A stretch of DNA of 63,170 bases, counting the filler, from Intoshia linei (Eukaryota > Animalia > Orthonectida), in assembly GCA_001642005.1 (NCBI GenBank). It is 11 parts of 11 records of this genome, joined end to end, with 100 filler letters (N's around TTAATTAATTAA, not from the genome) between each part and the next. Parts side by side here need not be neighbours in the genome. Positions count along the whole stretch, not along the records: positions 1 to 6,704 come from LWCA01001646.1; positions 6,805 to 11,597 come from LWCA01001903.1; 9 more parts are not named here. The stretch is one strand, 5' to 3'. The notes beneath the pieces are model-generated. The model worked only from the letters and a program-made list of their open reading frames with translations, had not been told where the DNA came from and made no database searches. This document shows, one piece after another, positions 1-11,697 of the stretch. The number at the start of each line of letters is the position of its first letter. Position 1 is the first letter of the stretch. The translations under genes and the position numbers were made by a program.

Positions 1-904
1 CAATTGTGTATCAATAATTAATTTTACCATTATTGCAAAGGATTGTAATATAAATAGATTGATGTTAAAAATGTATCCATACTTTTGACCTTTTTTTTCT
101 TGTGAATGTTACTTTTCTTTTTAGCATTTTTAAATTAAGTTAGTATCAAAAATTTTATAAATTCGTTGCCGTAGATGTTGTTCAAAATGTTTGGAAAATG
201 AAAATTTGAAATTTAAAAATTGCAAAGGAATGAATTATATAGATTTTCACCCATATGTCTTTACTGGAAAAGTGTAGACGTACAATCCACATTTTTTTTG
301 AAATTATAGGATCAATGTTTAGATTTTCAATTTTTGAAAAATATTGGCTGATAATATATTAAAAATTATTTTTCACCGGGAATGCGTAGATTCCTGGGGT
401 TGAAATTTTGTATTTATATCAACTGGAATAAGGTCTATCAGAATAATTTTTTTTTAAATTTTCGGACCTTTAATTAGTTCATATTTTTTGTTTCAATAAA
501 ATATTTCGGAAAAAAAATATATGAATACTAAAATGCTTTTTTGACCGTGAAGTCGTCACTTATTGGGATTGAAATGTTTTATGTGTGTTAACATGATTTA
601 ACTCTACCACCTATAAATTTTTTGAAATTCTAGGGCTATTTTCAAAAAAAAAAGGAAGGGAATTTGGCCATAAAGGTATAATTTTTTTAAATTCTCCAAC
701 TCGTTTAATTTTTAAAAAGAGGGACAACGGGGGTTTTTGACCCTTAAGATGTGAAATTGGGAGGTTGAAATTTATGTTATTATACGCCCCGGAAAAAAAC
801 TGTAATTGAAATGTGCTCTTTAAAAAATTCTAAGAGTGCTAGTTATTTCAAAAAAGTAACACACACAGACACAAAAATCGCGTTGCATTTTATATAAGTT
901 AAGA
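1..904 (-). mobile_element. Non-autonomous Helitron-like element (family A), 5' end near 904
   Basis: Near-identical to 29980-30772 and to the reverse complement of 25671-26380, 33425-33910 and 47620-48272. On the minus strand it begins A|TCTTAACTTATATAAAATGC followed by a (GT)/(GTCT) microsatellite, as in Lep1-type Helitron 5' ends. It has internal subrepeats (aaaacccc..ccttttttt..aaacgag). Confidence 0.7.
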
Positions 905-1439
905 TGTATTACTTTTTTTGAAAAGCCATTAAACCCTATACTGCAATCTATTATTATTATATTATTAGATAATTAAAGTTAATCTGCGCAATTGTAATGA
1001 ATTTACATTTATTTTTATCAATACTATCAATATTCAAATTTTATTTTGTTGTAGAATTTGCATAATGACATTAATCTATTATAATTTAGTGATTCCTAGT
1101 GTGGACGGTAGCGCCCATCTAGTGGTACTGGAGCTATTTTTTACTTTTTAAATTTTTAACTTTTGGGGCTCTGGATTACATTTGGCATTTTATTATATTA
1201 TTGATTTTTATATTGATTTATATTTTGAATAACTTACATTATTATTGTAATTTGTATTCACCATACATATGTATTGTGTTCTCTGAACACTGGCCATGTT
1301 GAAGACCTCAAATAAAATTAAACAGGGAATGCATATATTTTAAAGCTTGTATTAACATCTTAACTTATATCGTATATATAAAGAATCTTAATTTTGTCAT
1401 TAACGAACATGTATACATATTTATTTAAACGAATAAAAG

Positions 1440-3469
1440 TTATTGCATCGACAATTCTTTCAGTTCATCTTCTAATATTCTTGTTACTTTGACCGCTTGC
1501 TCCGCATCAGGTCCTCCAATACTATGATGCAATTAAAAAATGCATAAAAAGTAAAAATTAAAAGTACCTTTTTAAAGCTGCATGTGCTGAGTTTCTTACA
1601 ACTGAAATGAAATCGTTTCGCCTTTTAAGGTAAATATACAATAATTATAATTGAAGGAAATTAATTACCAAATGTGTATTAGCCTTTGAATGGCAGGACT
1701 ATATTTTAATTTACCTAGAGCTAAACATGCACTTTGTCGAACTAATCTATCTGGATGTTTGGTCAAATCAAGCAACGAAGTACATATGATTTTGTTGTTT
1801 ACACCAGTTCTCGATAACGATATAATGGATACTGATATCACATTGGGATTTTCATCTTTAAGTAAACTTAGCAAGGATTTTATAACCAGATTGCTATGAT
1901 ATTTTCCTTTTTTATCAAGTTTAAAATAATCAAAAATGAATTACCCAATTGTTCAACCACATTAACTCTAAATTGTGACTCTACATCAAAAACTTGCTTT
2001 ACTGCTATCGCTTCAGCGATATGACGGCTCAAAGTTTCCCAAACTCTATTTTCAAATCCATCAAAAATACAGAATTCTAAAAAAATCAATTAAAATTATT
2101 TTTCGATCAAAAATTTTAGTTTCCACATATATGAGTATTTTTTAGCTGCCAACCCTAAGGATGGATTATATTTTATGTAAAATTTTACCAATGAAAGAAA
2201 TGTAACTAACATTATCATCTCGTATATCGACTACTTCTCCTAAAATCTGTTTTATCCAATATTCTCCTTCTTTATCGATCAATTGCGATAATTCTTTTTC
2301 AAAATTTTTCAAAAAAGAGTCATATAACGTGTCTAATGAGATACTTTCTTCTGAATTGAAATTTTTTGCCCAATATTCTTGTCCAAACATATCATTTGAA
2401 ACTTGAGTTTCTGTATTACTAATTTTTCTTTTTACACGTGATTCCGATTTTATTTGTCTATCTAAATTATTATTAATATTATTATAATTTCTAATTTACA
2501 TGTTAATTAGCAAAATAAATTTCAACCTCCCAAACTCACATCTTACTAGTCAAAAAGCCTAATTGTCCTTTTTTTGAAAATCAAACGAGTTCGAGAATTT
2601 AAATAAATATATACTCTGATACGGATTTCAAAATCATAAATATTAGCATAAATTTAAATTTACAAAAAAATATCTTAAGGGCCAAAACCCCAAATTTTCG
2701 GACAAACTGATAAAAAATCTGATGTACTTTAGACTATTTTAAACTTGGGAAGCGCATTATTCCATTATTTCATTTTTAATTAATTTCTATTAGCATCTTG
2801 TATCAATTGGATATAATTATGATATATTACCTTTATGACTATTTAAATCTCGAGATTTAACCAGATTGGGGGTTGTATCAGCCGTACTGATTGTTGATTG
2901 TTCATTCAAGTTAAAATTTAAAATATTTTCTACTTTTTTTCTAAAATTCGAAATCATTTCTCGTTGTTTAGTATTAGAAATTTCTTCAAAAATGTAAGAC
3001 CAGTCACATCTTTCTAATATCAGTTTACTAAATTTCATATTTCAAATTGTAAAATCAAATAGCTTTACGTTCCAATTTTGTAATTGGCAAACAAATCATC
3101 AAAATATAATCTTCCAATTGGTAATATATTTCGATCTGCGTAGAACGCCAAAGTTAATTCTTCCTTGTTATTACTTGATTGTAAAAAATCTCTGCTTACA
3201 ATAGGCAAAAAAATCTAAATATTTAGTAAATACTGATTTAACCTTGTTAGCTTAATTTATTCACCTTACAGTCGCATATCGTTAAACCAAGATTGATAGA
3301 ATTGTCCTTTCTAACTCTATTGCTAATAATTGTACTGTTTAAAGATTTCAGTTCCTCTAATTTTGATAATTATGATTGTAAATATATGTCTACCTTTTAA
3401 TTTTTTCGCCAATCCCACATCCTTATCAGCGCAACATATGATGATATTTGAATCTGACGTTTTAGTCAT
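1440..3469 (-). CDS. TIR-domain plus C-terminal HEAT-repeat protein (multi-exon)
   Basis: Spliced by eye from ATG at 3469: MTKTSDSNIIICCADKDVGLAKKLK/EELKSL...ICDCK/IFLPIVSRDFLQSSNNKEELTLAFYADRNILPI, a TIR_2-like pattern. C-terminus ...LLDLTKHPDRLVRQSACLALGKLKYSPAIQRLIHIW/RNDFISVVRNSAHAALK/SIGGPDAEQAVKVTRILEDELKELSMQ* is HEAT-like; TAA at 1440-1442. Introns are short GT-AG. Confidence 0.75.
2515..2700 (+). mobile_element. Family A Helitron-like fragment in an intron of the TIR-HEAT gene
   Basis: ttcaacctcccaaactcacatcttac...tttgaaaatcaaacgagttcgagaattt matches 25855-26040. Confidence 0.7.
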
Positions 3470-4374
3470 TTTAAATGTGAATGCTTTTATTATAAAAATT
3501 CAATTAAATATTTGCTTTTGTTTTACGTATCAGTTCACTTATTAGATCTGTAACAGTGCGCAGCGCAGCTAACTGATCTACATCCAAACAACACTAATTA
3601 ATCCATTACTAGTATAGATTATAAGAATTTATAGTTTCAACTGTTTAAAAAGGTACACATTTGTTTTAATTAATTTTTTATTCAACTAGCTTTGCGTTTT
3701 ATATTTTCCAATTTAGTACATAGATTTAAATTTAAATACAGAAAATATGGGGCATCCATACTTTTTGTCGCGCAACTAATCTTGAACAAAAATTTTTTAT
3801 AATTGTTTAAAGATGGATAATATCGTATTATATGAAAAAATTCAATTTATCCAGTACACCTATTTATTTAGGCAGCACTGCGTTATTATCATTCGATTGG
3901 TGAAAAATTAATTTTTAATTGTATTCAGAAATTAAACAATCTGAATTAATTTAAAGTTTGCGGCAGGTTGGATTAGTGTTTCTTAACCGATAAACCCTAG
4001 AAAATTTTATATGTACTCAAAGAAAAATTGAAAGAGAGCTCTATAGAGTCTATAGCAGGGGTTCTCAACGTGGGCCACAGAAAATTTTCCACATTATAAA
4101 AAATTATAGTGTATTAAGCCATAAAATTGCTAACCAAAACAAAATCTATAAATGCATAATAAATTTGAAATATAAATTTGGAATAATGGTTTACAGATCT
4201 TCAAAACTTTGAAACCAGATGATGAAACCAGTCCTGAACTAACTGAAAAACTCTTGAACTTAATTTAATTATTTTAAGTCTTAAAAGAAGATTTGAAATT
4301 AGTAAGACGAATATAAAAGGAAGGTATATTTTGATTTATGGAAATTCAAGAATCAAATGCAATTTTGTTTGATA

Positions 4375-5002
4375 ATGTTCAACCAAGCATTATTGCTTTT
4401 CAGTCTTTTTCCAACGTTCCGGTAGTCTATTTATACCATTAGCATAAAAACTCGCTACTTTATTGGAACTCAAATACCACATTTATTCGATTTAATCATC
4501 CTTTTAAGTGCTCGATGTACACTTGTTCTTGAATAACAAGCAACATTTGATAATAACGTACATGTTTGAATTGGAGATTTTATCAATTCCTCTTTAATTT
4601 TGTCTTCATCTACTAGACTAGGTCTACCGGAACGTTGGACATTTTCTAGGTTATAATTGTTTTGAATGAATTTAAGAACCATCTTTGAGTCTTTCGTATG
4701 CTGATAGCATATTTGTCATAAACATTACACATATTTTCATTAGTTTCCGATACAGTATGCCCCATATTGAACTCATAAAGTAAAATATGTCTGATATGAC
4801 CATCATAATCATCCAACTTGTTTTTGTAAATACTAATTAAAAAAATGTTTGTCATCGGAAATTACTCTTTCATCGAATACACATTTGTCCATATTTCGTA
4901 AAAATAAAAAAATAACGCGCTTACAATAAATATTCGATAAAAATATAGTTATTTATAATAAAGTTACAATAAAAACGGCATTACTTATGAAACGACCTAA
5001 TA
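4375..5002 (-). mobile_element. Internally deleted, frameshifted mariner transposon
   Basis: HIRHILLYEFNMGHTVSET...WF plus RSGRPSLVDEDKIKEEL (Mos1-type HTH), jumping to the C-terminal FYANGINRLPERW. A mariner-type TIR (TATTAGGTCGTTTCATAAGTAATGCCGTTTTT) lies at 4970-5002. Confidence 0.85.
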
Positions 5003-5287
5003 AGTTTAGTTATACATATTCATTTGGTTCCAAATTGAAATGTGTATTGATTGAGTTGATTCAGACATTCTCAATTTTTATGATGTTGTGAACCCGTAAT
5101 ATCCATTTTAATTATCTGGAAACCTACTGTAAAATCAAATTAAATGCTAATAAATTAACTAAAAATATTTATTGGTGTCGCAGGTTAACAAAAATGGCAG
5201 TACAGTGGTTTCTGTACAATATGAATGTCAAGAAACCAGATATTTAAAATATTCATAATAGAGTTGATTGTACAATATAAATATCAA

Positions 5288-5508
5288 TTAACTCTTTCAC
5301 TGTCTGATGCAATTTTATGTATTATCACCACACGTCTGGAATTTTTTTAATTTAAACTTGTATTATTTTTAAATTACCTATGTGAAAATGTATGACAATA
5401 AAACAATAAAGTTTTTCAAAATTATGCTGTGTATATTATAGAATACACAGACGTGTGAAGTGAAATTTCTGTGTATAGTATAGAATACACAGACAGTGAA
5501 AGGGTTAA
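5288..5508. mobile_element. piggyBac-type MITE (TTAA target, CCCTTTCACTGTC TIR)
   Basis: ttaa-ctctttcactgtc ... gacagtgaaaggg-ttaa; a second copy lies inverted at 14803-15024. Confidence 0.75.
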
Positions 5509-6704
5509 GATTGATGTTGTAATTGTTATGTAAATAGTTGTTAAGTTGAATCTGAAGTGATCACTTTAGATTTTGAATTCGAATTTTGAATCATGGTGAT
5601 TACTTTATGATTTTGTACACGTGATTAAATTGTTAATTTATAAAATCCTTAAATCATTACAAATGAAGTGAATATTAACACAAATGTATCGTAACATTCT
5701 ACTGTTATTTGGTATTGATTTGAAACTAACTTAGATTAGAATTGTTACAAGACAAATCTATTATTACTCAATATCAAGATTTATAAATATATTTTTACTT
5801 AAATAAAATATTGCTCTTTTTTGTGTCTAAAGTCTTATTAACACCAAATATCTCGATCGATAACTATATTTTGTCTCAAGCGTTACAAATATATTTAATT
5901 AAATTCCAAAAATGCTAATTAAATCTCCAGGAGAATTATTTGATTTTGAAGGCAATCCACGACCAATGTAGAACAGAGCAATGGATCAACCATTTTGAAA
6001 ATTTTTTGCTATTTGCAGATGTTGATCAAAAGTTAACCTAACCTAAAAACCTACCTAAGTTAAAGTACTTAAGTTAAAACCTAAATTCATGCTTCGTTTG
6101 TGTTGAAAATTTTATATATCCTCAACGCAATGTACCAACAAAATAAAAGATTTTATAAATTTTAACCCAAAATATACTATAAACGGGAATGTAATTAATC
6201 CTAGCATTTATATGAAAATGTATTAAAAATCATCACTGTATTTTGAATTTCTTCTTTTGTGTACAAATTTAATGATCGTTTATATTTTTGTAAGGCTCTT
6301 TCGGTTGAATCGGTTACAAATTTATACTTCATTGGTTAATTCTTTATTTTCATAATATCTGACAAAATCTATTCCCATAATATTTAGTTTATCAGAACTG
6401 CCAAATGTATTTTTGAAAACATTTCCTATGATAATTTTTATAATATTCTATTATTTCTTGATCAAAATGACGTTTAATAAATTGTACAAATCCATAATGA
6501 TAATAGTGCAACGGTAAATAAAATCGAAAATGGTATATTGTCAAAACTAAACTTACAAATTTATAATTTATCTCGTATAATCTATTAATATGATGTAATT
6601 TACAATAAAGTAGGCTTAAATACGACAATTTATGCAGATTAATAAATAACATTAATACGCATTAACGTTTTGCACTAAGTTACACATAATTTTACTTAAA
6701 AATA

Positions 6705-6804
6705 NNNNNNNNNNNNNNNNNNNNNNNNNNNNNNNNNNNNNNNNNNNNTTAATTAATTAANNNNNNNNNNNNNNNNNNNNNNNNNNNNNNNNNNNNNNNN
6801 NNNN
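6705..6804. other. Assembly spacer N44-TTAATTAATTAA-N44, first of ten (also 11598, 20752, 32036, 42617, 44142, 45326, 47013, 48273, 61988)
   Basis: An identical 100-bp construct each time; TTAATTAATTAA places stops in all six frames. Confidence 0.97.
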
Positions 6805-6999
6805 AATAAATTTATATTAAATAAATAATTTAAAAAATCACATATCGAACCTTTATACTTGCTTTCACTGGAAATTCAAAATATTTGTAAATTTATAAAA
6901 TTACTATCTATTAATTATATAATAAAATTCTATAAACAACAAAAAAATTCGAATAAATAACCAAGATTTTAATTTTTCTGTTTTAAAATTTATTGCACC

Positions 7000-8550
7000 T
7001 CATACAAATGACTTACATGATAAAGATTATAAATACGGTCAAGTTGATGTTATATCAGTAAAAAAAGCCGATATGTAATCCATTATTACAAATACCTCTA
7101 TTCGAAAAATCAATTCAATTCTATAACTGTCCAACAATGAATCAAATATACCAAGTAAAAGTGCACTATTTTATAATATAAACAAAATTTTAAAAACCGT
7201 TAAAGAAATTTTAATAAATGATGTAGCTGCGTTTAACCAGAACTTGTGTTAACATTTTGACGGCAAAAAAATAATTAGATATGACGGCCATAAAAGTGAG
7301 AAACTGGCTGTTTGTATTTCTGGAGAAAATTATTCAATACTTATTGCTTTACGGTCATTAAATAATAGTAAGGATCTTACAATATACCAATAAATTCTAA
7401 ATGTTTGAAGTTATTTAATATTAATGATAAAATATCAATAATGATTTGCGACACAAGAAGCTCCAACACCGGTATTCATCGGGGTGTAATAACTTATTTG
7501 AAACAGATTTTGCCAGAGTTTACATACGAACGTTGTCGGTTTCATATATTAGACCTTATACTTAAACATGTTTTTTATACTGTTTTTCAAGTTAATACAA
7601 ATTTGCCCAATATTCCATTTTCGTTTGTAACAAAAACTTAAAGAAAATTTTGTTATTATAAAATCTAAATATATCGGAAAAATTAATATAGAACACAATG
7701 CTAATTTACATGGAAATTTGCGTAATTACTACAAAGAATTATCTGAACTAATAGACGCTTATAAAACTCTAATAAAATACTAAAAAAATCCAATTATCAA
7801 ATGTAAAAAGTCGGGTGCATTTCTAATTCTCGTTGGAATGCAAAAGCATTGTATGCATTGAAATCATACATCTTAAATGTGGATAGAGCACCAGAGATGA
7901 AATAAATTTGTGATTTTATAGCAAAGGTTTGGTCTAAATGTTGGTTTACATGCAGATTTCAAACATTTGCAGAATGGGATTCTATAGAAGCATAATTGCT
8001 ATTAAATTATTAACTGTAGATAAATGTTTGAACAAGCATTGGATTCGCAAAAACACTTTAAGCAGAAGGCTAAAAATTTTGTACACAATCGAAATAGCAG
8101 AACGGGTTTAAAGTGAATAGATGACTATTTCATCTGATGAAAAATTGGAACAAATGTGTATAAAAAAATATAAAAATTATAATTTTTAATAATAAAATGA
8201 ATTTTTATCTAATTATACGACCATAAAGATACATTATGTTTTTAATGATATAATATTGACTTTTAATCCATGAAAATNACACTTTGAGCAGAAGGCTAAA
8301 AATTTTGTACACAAACGAAATAGCAGAACAGGTTAAAAATGCATGGATGACTATTTCATCTGATGAAAAATTGGAACAAATGTGTATAAAAAAATATAAA
8401 AATTATAATTAAAATATTTTAAATAAATTTTTATCTAATTATACGACTATAAAATATACATTATATTTAAATTTTAGTGTTTTTTAACATTTTTAAAGTG
8501 AAATTTTTTGCTTTTAATTTTGAAAATCAGCATAGTCTCGTAAGGGTTAA
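7000..8550 (+). mobile_element. Degenerate hAT-like DDE transposase pseudogene
   Basis: Broken frames give HFDGK, ICDTRSSNTG, CRFHILDLILKH (CxxH) and SNSRWNAKALYALK (RW motif), with many stops. It is followed by a terminus ending AAGGGTTAA at 8550 that recurs at 62820-62895. Confidence 0.65.
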
Positions 8551-8569
8551 TATTAATTTAATCTTTTAG

Positions 8570-9182
8570 TATTTTACCAAGTTCTTTAAATGGATGTGAA
8601 AAAAATGTTCTGTTTATTGACACTTTTATTTGTTTTAATATATTTAAATTTACTGAGAAGCTTTCTAAATGTATCAAATTTATATTAAAAGGTATATTTA
8701 AAGTGACACTGCTATAAATCATTTAATTAGAACTAGAACAAGGAAAACAAATTTCCATAAATATAAAAGAAGTTGTGAGATCCTCATTGAAAAGACTCCA
8801 AATAAACACACCTACAACTTTTAACCAATTTATCTCTGCATTAAGTTATGTAGAATTGGGTTTTTATACAAGAAATTTAATCATAATTGATAATCTCTCA
8901 AAAATATTGATGAACCATGACGTTGCACTATGTCATTTAATTTGCACTGAAAATAAAACTAAAACCCCGAAAAACGAAACTGTTGATATAAAAAAAAAAT
9001 GTTTTGACACCTTTACGACTTGTTGTTTATATCCTACCACTACACAAATTAAACAAGTACTCATTCTCTTACTTCGAATAGTCAAAAATAAAAAGGTTAT
9101 TTTATATACAAGTCACTATTCCCTAATTCAAAAATGTTCACTGAATTCCAATGAAATTTATACTCTCAATATTGACACATGA
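8570..9182 (+). CDS. XRCC2: XRCC2-like RAD51 paralog, 3' exons only
   Basis: After the acceptor at 8568-8569: ILPSSLNGCEKNVLFIDTFICFNIFKF (cf. XRCC2 [27 protein letters not shown]), an intron, then ...SSLKRLQI...LIIIDNLSKI (Walker B-like) to the stop at 9182. No Walker A exon was found. Confidence 0.65.
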
Positions 9183-9441
9183 CAAACATTAATATGTAAG
9201 TGCATTAAAATTGTTACGCTAAATCATGTACATGGAAATACTTAAACAGGCATCAGTATTTATATTGTACAATAAAATTCCATGATCTTGATGCTGAGAT
9301 TGGCAAAAAGAAAATATTTACATAGTTAAAATATCCTAGATACAATTTAAATTGAATATTTGTGCTTGAAAATATGAAAAATTTAAAAAAATTAAATTTT
9401 TATTTAAAAATCTACATTAAAATTTAAACATTGTCAATCAA

Positions 9442-10961
9442 ATGAAAAACATGCAATCAGATAAAAATTTACAAATTAAACCAGACGATTCTGTATTTGA
9501 AGCGGAGTGTATTGTATCGAAACGAAAGCATGATGTAATTTTTAAGAATTTTAGTCAACATGAAATAAGAATATAAATTTCAAATGAAAAGTGACAACTT
9601 TATTAAAAATTTTTCATTGTAAATTGAATTTTCGCCCAATAGTTTTCAGTGGTTTGTTTTTTATCATTTATCATTCTATTTTGATTTAAATTTTGATAGT
9701 TATATGTCATTTTTTAGCGTTTTGGTGATTTTATTTTTAGAACAATATTGAATACTTGGTCAAATGGAATGGTTGGTCTGATAGGTATATTTTTAGTCTA
9801 TTTTGGAATATTACGGAAGTAGTAGCAAGGCAAATAAAATCATAAAAGTTTATCTGAATTGGCTCTTCCAATATCAAAGTAAAGTTAACGTTTCCTATAT
9901 TACTGAAATATAGGAATTGTAGGCTTTCCTATATTCATTATCGTTTTACCATATTTTTCTATGACATGAAATTATTTTCTTCCATGCATCGAAGATTATT
10001 TTACAAAATTTGTGGTGAATATAACAGTTTACCAAAATGTTTTATTTTGAGAAACACGTTAACCGAATTATTGGAATGACGCATGACTAACGATATTGAT
10101 TATACTTGAATGTTGATGAATGCCATTTGTTTAATTTTCAATAGTTGAAATTGCTAAATTACTATATAAACAATTAATTTGATATCGTTTGTGAAATCTG
10201 AAAAATTAAACATTGAAATTTCGAGTAAGTTGATTCTTCATTTTATTGGAATACAAGAAAGCAGTTTATTCTTATAAATTGCTGATACTCTATTCCTATA
10301 TAACAGACAAATTGAACAAATTATTAAAGCATATATAATAGTTTACTATTTTGTTGACATTTTTATTTTAATATTTCAAACATTATATTTGATCAATTAT
10401 GTATTCAGACACAATACTTGGGAGCCGCCAGAAAATATCTTGGACGATCGTTTGTTATCAACATTCAACGAACGTCAAAAAAAACCAGTTCTATATCAAC
10501 GTAATTGGATATATTATATTTTTAGAATAGAGAATCGTATAGAATGAGAAATTCAAAATTTAAAACTAGTACACGCCGTTCCAGTACGAGATTAAAAGAA
10601 TTAAGCTGTATAGTTAAAGAAAACACAAAGGTTAATATGTTATGGTAATTTTAATTAAAATTCCAGGAAAAGAAATTTGAGACACTCAATGTTGTGCATA
10701 AACCTCCAAATATTAAAGCCAATGAAAAACGTGATTTTTATATTTTTGCAAATTTAATATATCAATTTAGCTCAAAATATATCCAGTACAATCGACCAAC
10801 TCAAGATGCCTAAAGAAAAAGATGTATATGATAAAATCCAACAAGACATTGAAATTACTGATGTCTTGTATAATGGAGTTACTTGTGTATTCAAAGAATA
10901 CCCCATTTTTATTAGTCAAAATATGACACGTGTTACACGTTCCTTACCTACTAAATTGTAA
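9442..10961 (+). CDS. Pc: Polycomb / chromobox protein (chromodomain plus Pc-box)
   Basis: Spliced exons: VFEAECIVSKRKHD/NNIEYLVKWNGWSDR/HNTWEPPENILDDRLL (Pc-type chromodomain). C-terminal IEITDVLYNGVTCVFKEY is a CBX C-terminal box; TAA at 10959-10961. Confidence 0.88.
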
Positions 10962-11129
10962 TAAATCCTTGTTATGTATATTTTATTTGTCAGATCGTTT
11001 TTTTTCATTCGAATTTTATATGACGTTTAGTGAGGCGAATTCGTTGTCAAAATAAATAAGAATTTTGTATTTATCTACAGATAAATGTTTAGCATAGTGG
11101 TTTTAAGTGGAAACTTCTCACATTGTTTT

Positions 11130-11365
11130 ACGGCGGACTTGTAATACATTATAAAATTTAGCGCCGACCATTACAGTAAAATTAATAGGCATAGTCAAAA
11201 ATCACCTCTAACTCCCTTATCAACCCAATTTCAGCGATATTCAGTATGTTTAATCGTAATAACCATTATACGTTGATCTTTTTTTTGAAAATTTGACTGG
11301 AACTGGATCTGAACCAATGACCCCTCATCATATCGACTGTTAGAGAGCATTAAACCATGGTAGCA
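11130..11365 (-). mobile_element. tRNA-derived SINE-like repeat
   Basis: The minus strand carries a Pol III B-box, GGTTCAGATCC (11305-11315), in a tRNA-like head. The body is repeated at about 23070-23240. Confidence 0.45.
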
Positions 11366-11697
11366 ATTCGACTTATTATAAATGAATATTTTTTTATATA
11401 TTTATAAAATACAAAACAGTTATTTAATTAAAAATATTATTAATTAACGTTTTTATTATTTTCTTCAAATTACAACTTTATTGTTTATTTTTTAAATTAA
11501 AATTTATCTCAAACCAGCAATAATATACATTGCTTGCATCATACAGGAGTATCAGAAGAAGGTCCTAAATATCCTGAGTTAAGTAGTATGCTCCAGTNNN
11601 NNNNNNNNNNNNNNNNNNNNNNNNNNNNNNNNNNNNNNNNNTTAATTAATTAANNNNNNNNNNNNNNNNNNNNNNNNNNNNNNNNNNNNNNNNNNNN

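Noticed and set aside
5912-6040. GELFDFEGNP.. as the missing XRCC2 Walker A exon
   Set aside because: No GKT/S motif and an in-frame stop follows. With a frameshift it reads EQWINHFENFLLFA, more like a gag relic, and is too weak to call.
6200-6652. Minus-strand 86-aa ORF and adjacent open stretches
   Set aside because: No recognisable motif or consistent splice pattern; probably decayed repeat sequence.
6749-6760. TTAATTAATTAA recurring ten times between N runs, superficially array-like
   Set aside because: It is an artificial six-frame-stop linker inside assembly gaps, not a biological repeat or CRISPR.
8050-8465. Tandem duplication of about 185 bp on either side of a single n at 8278
   Set aside because: Most likely an unmerged contig overlap or haplotype join; the same pattern occurs at 59437-59547 around n59493.
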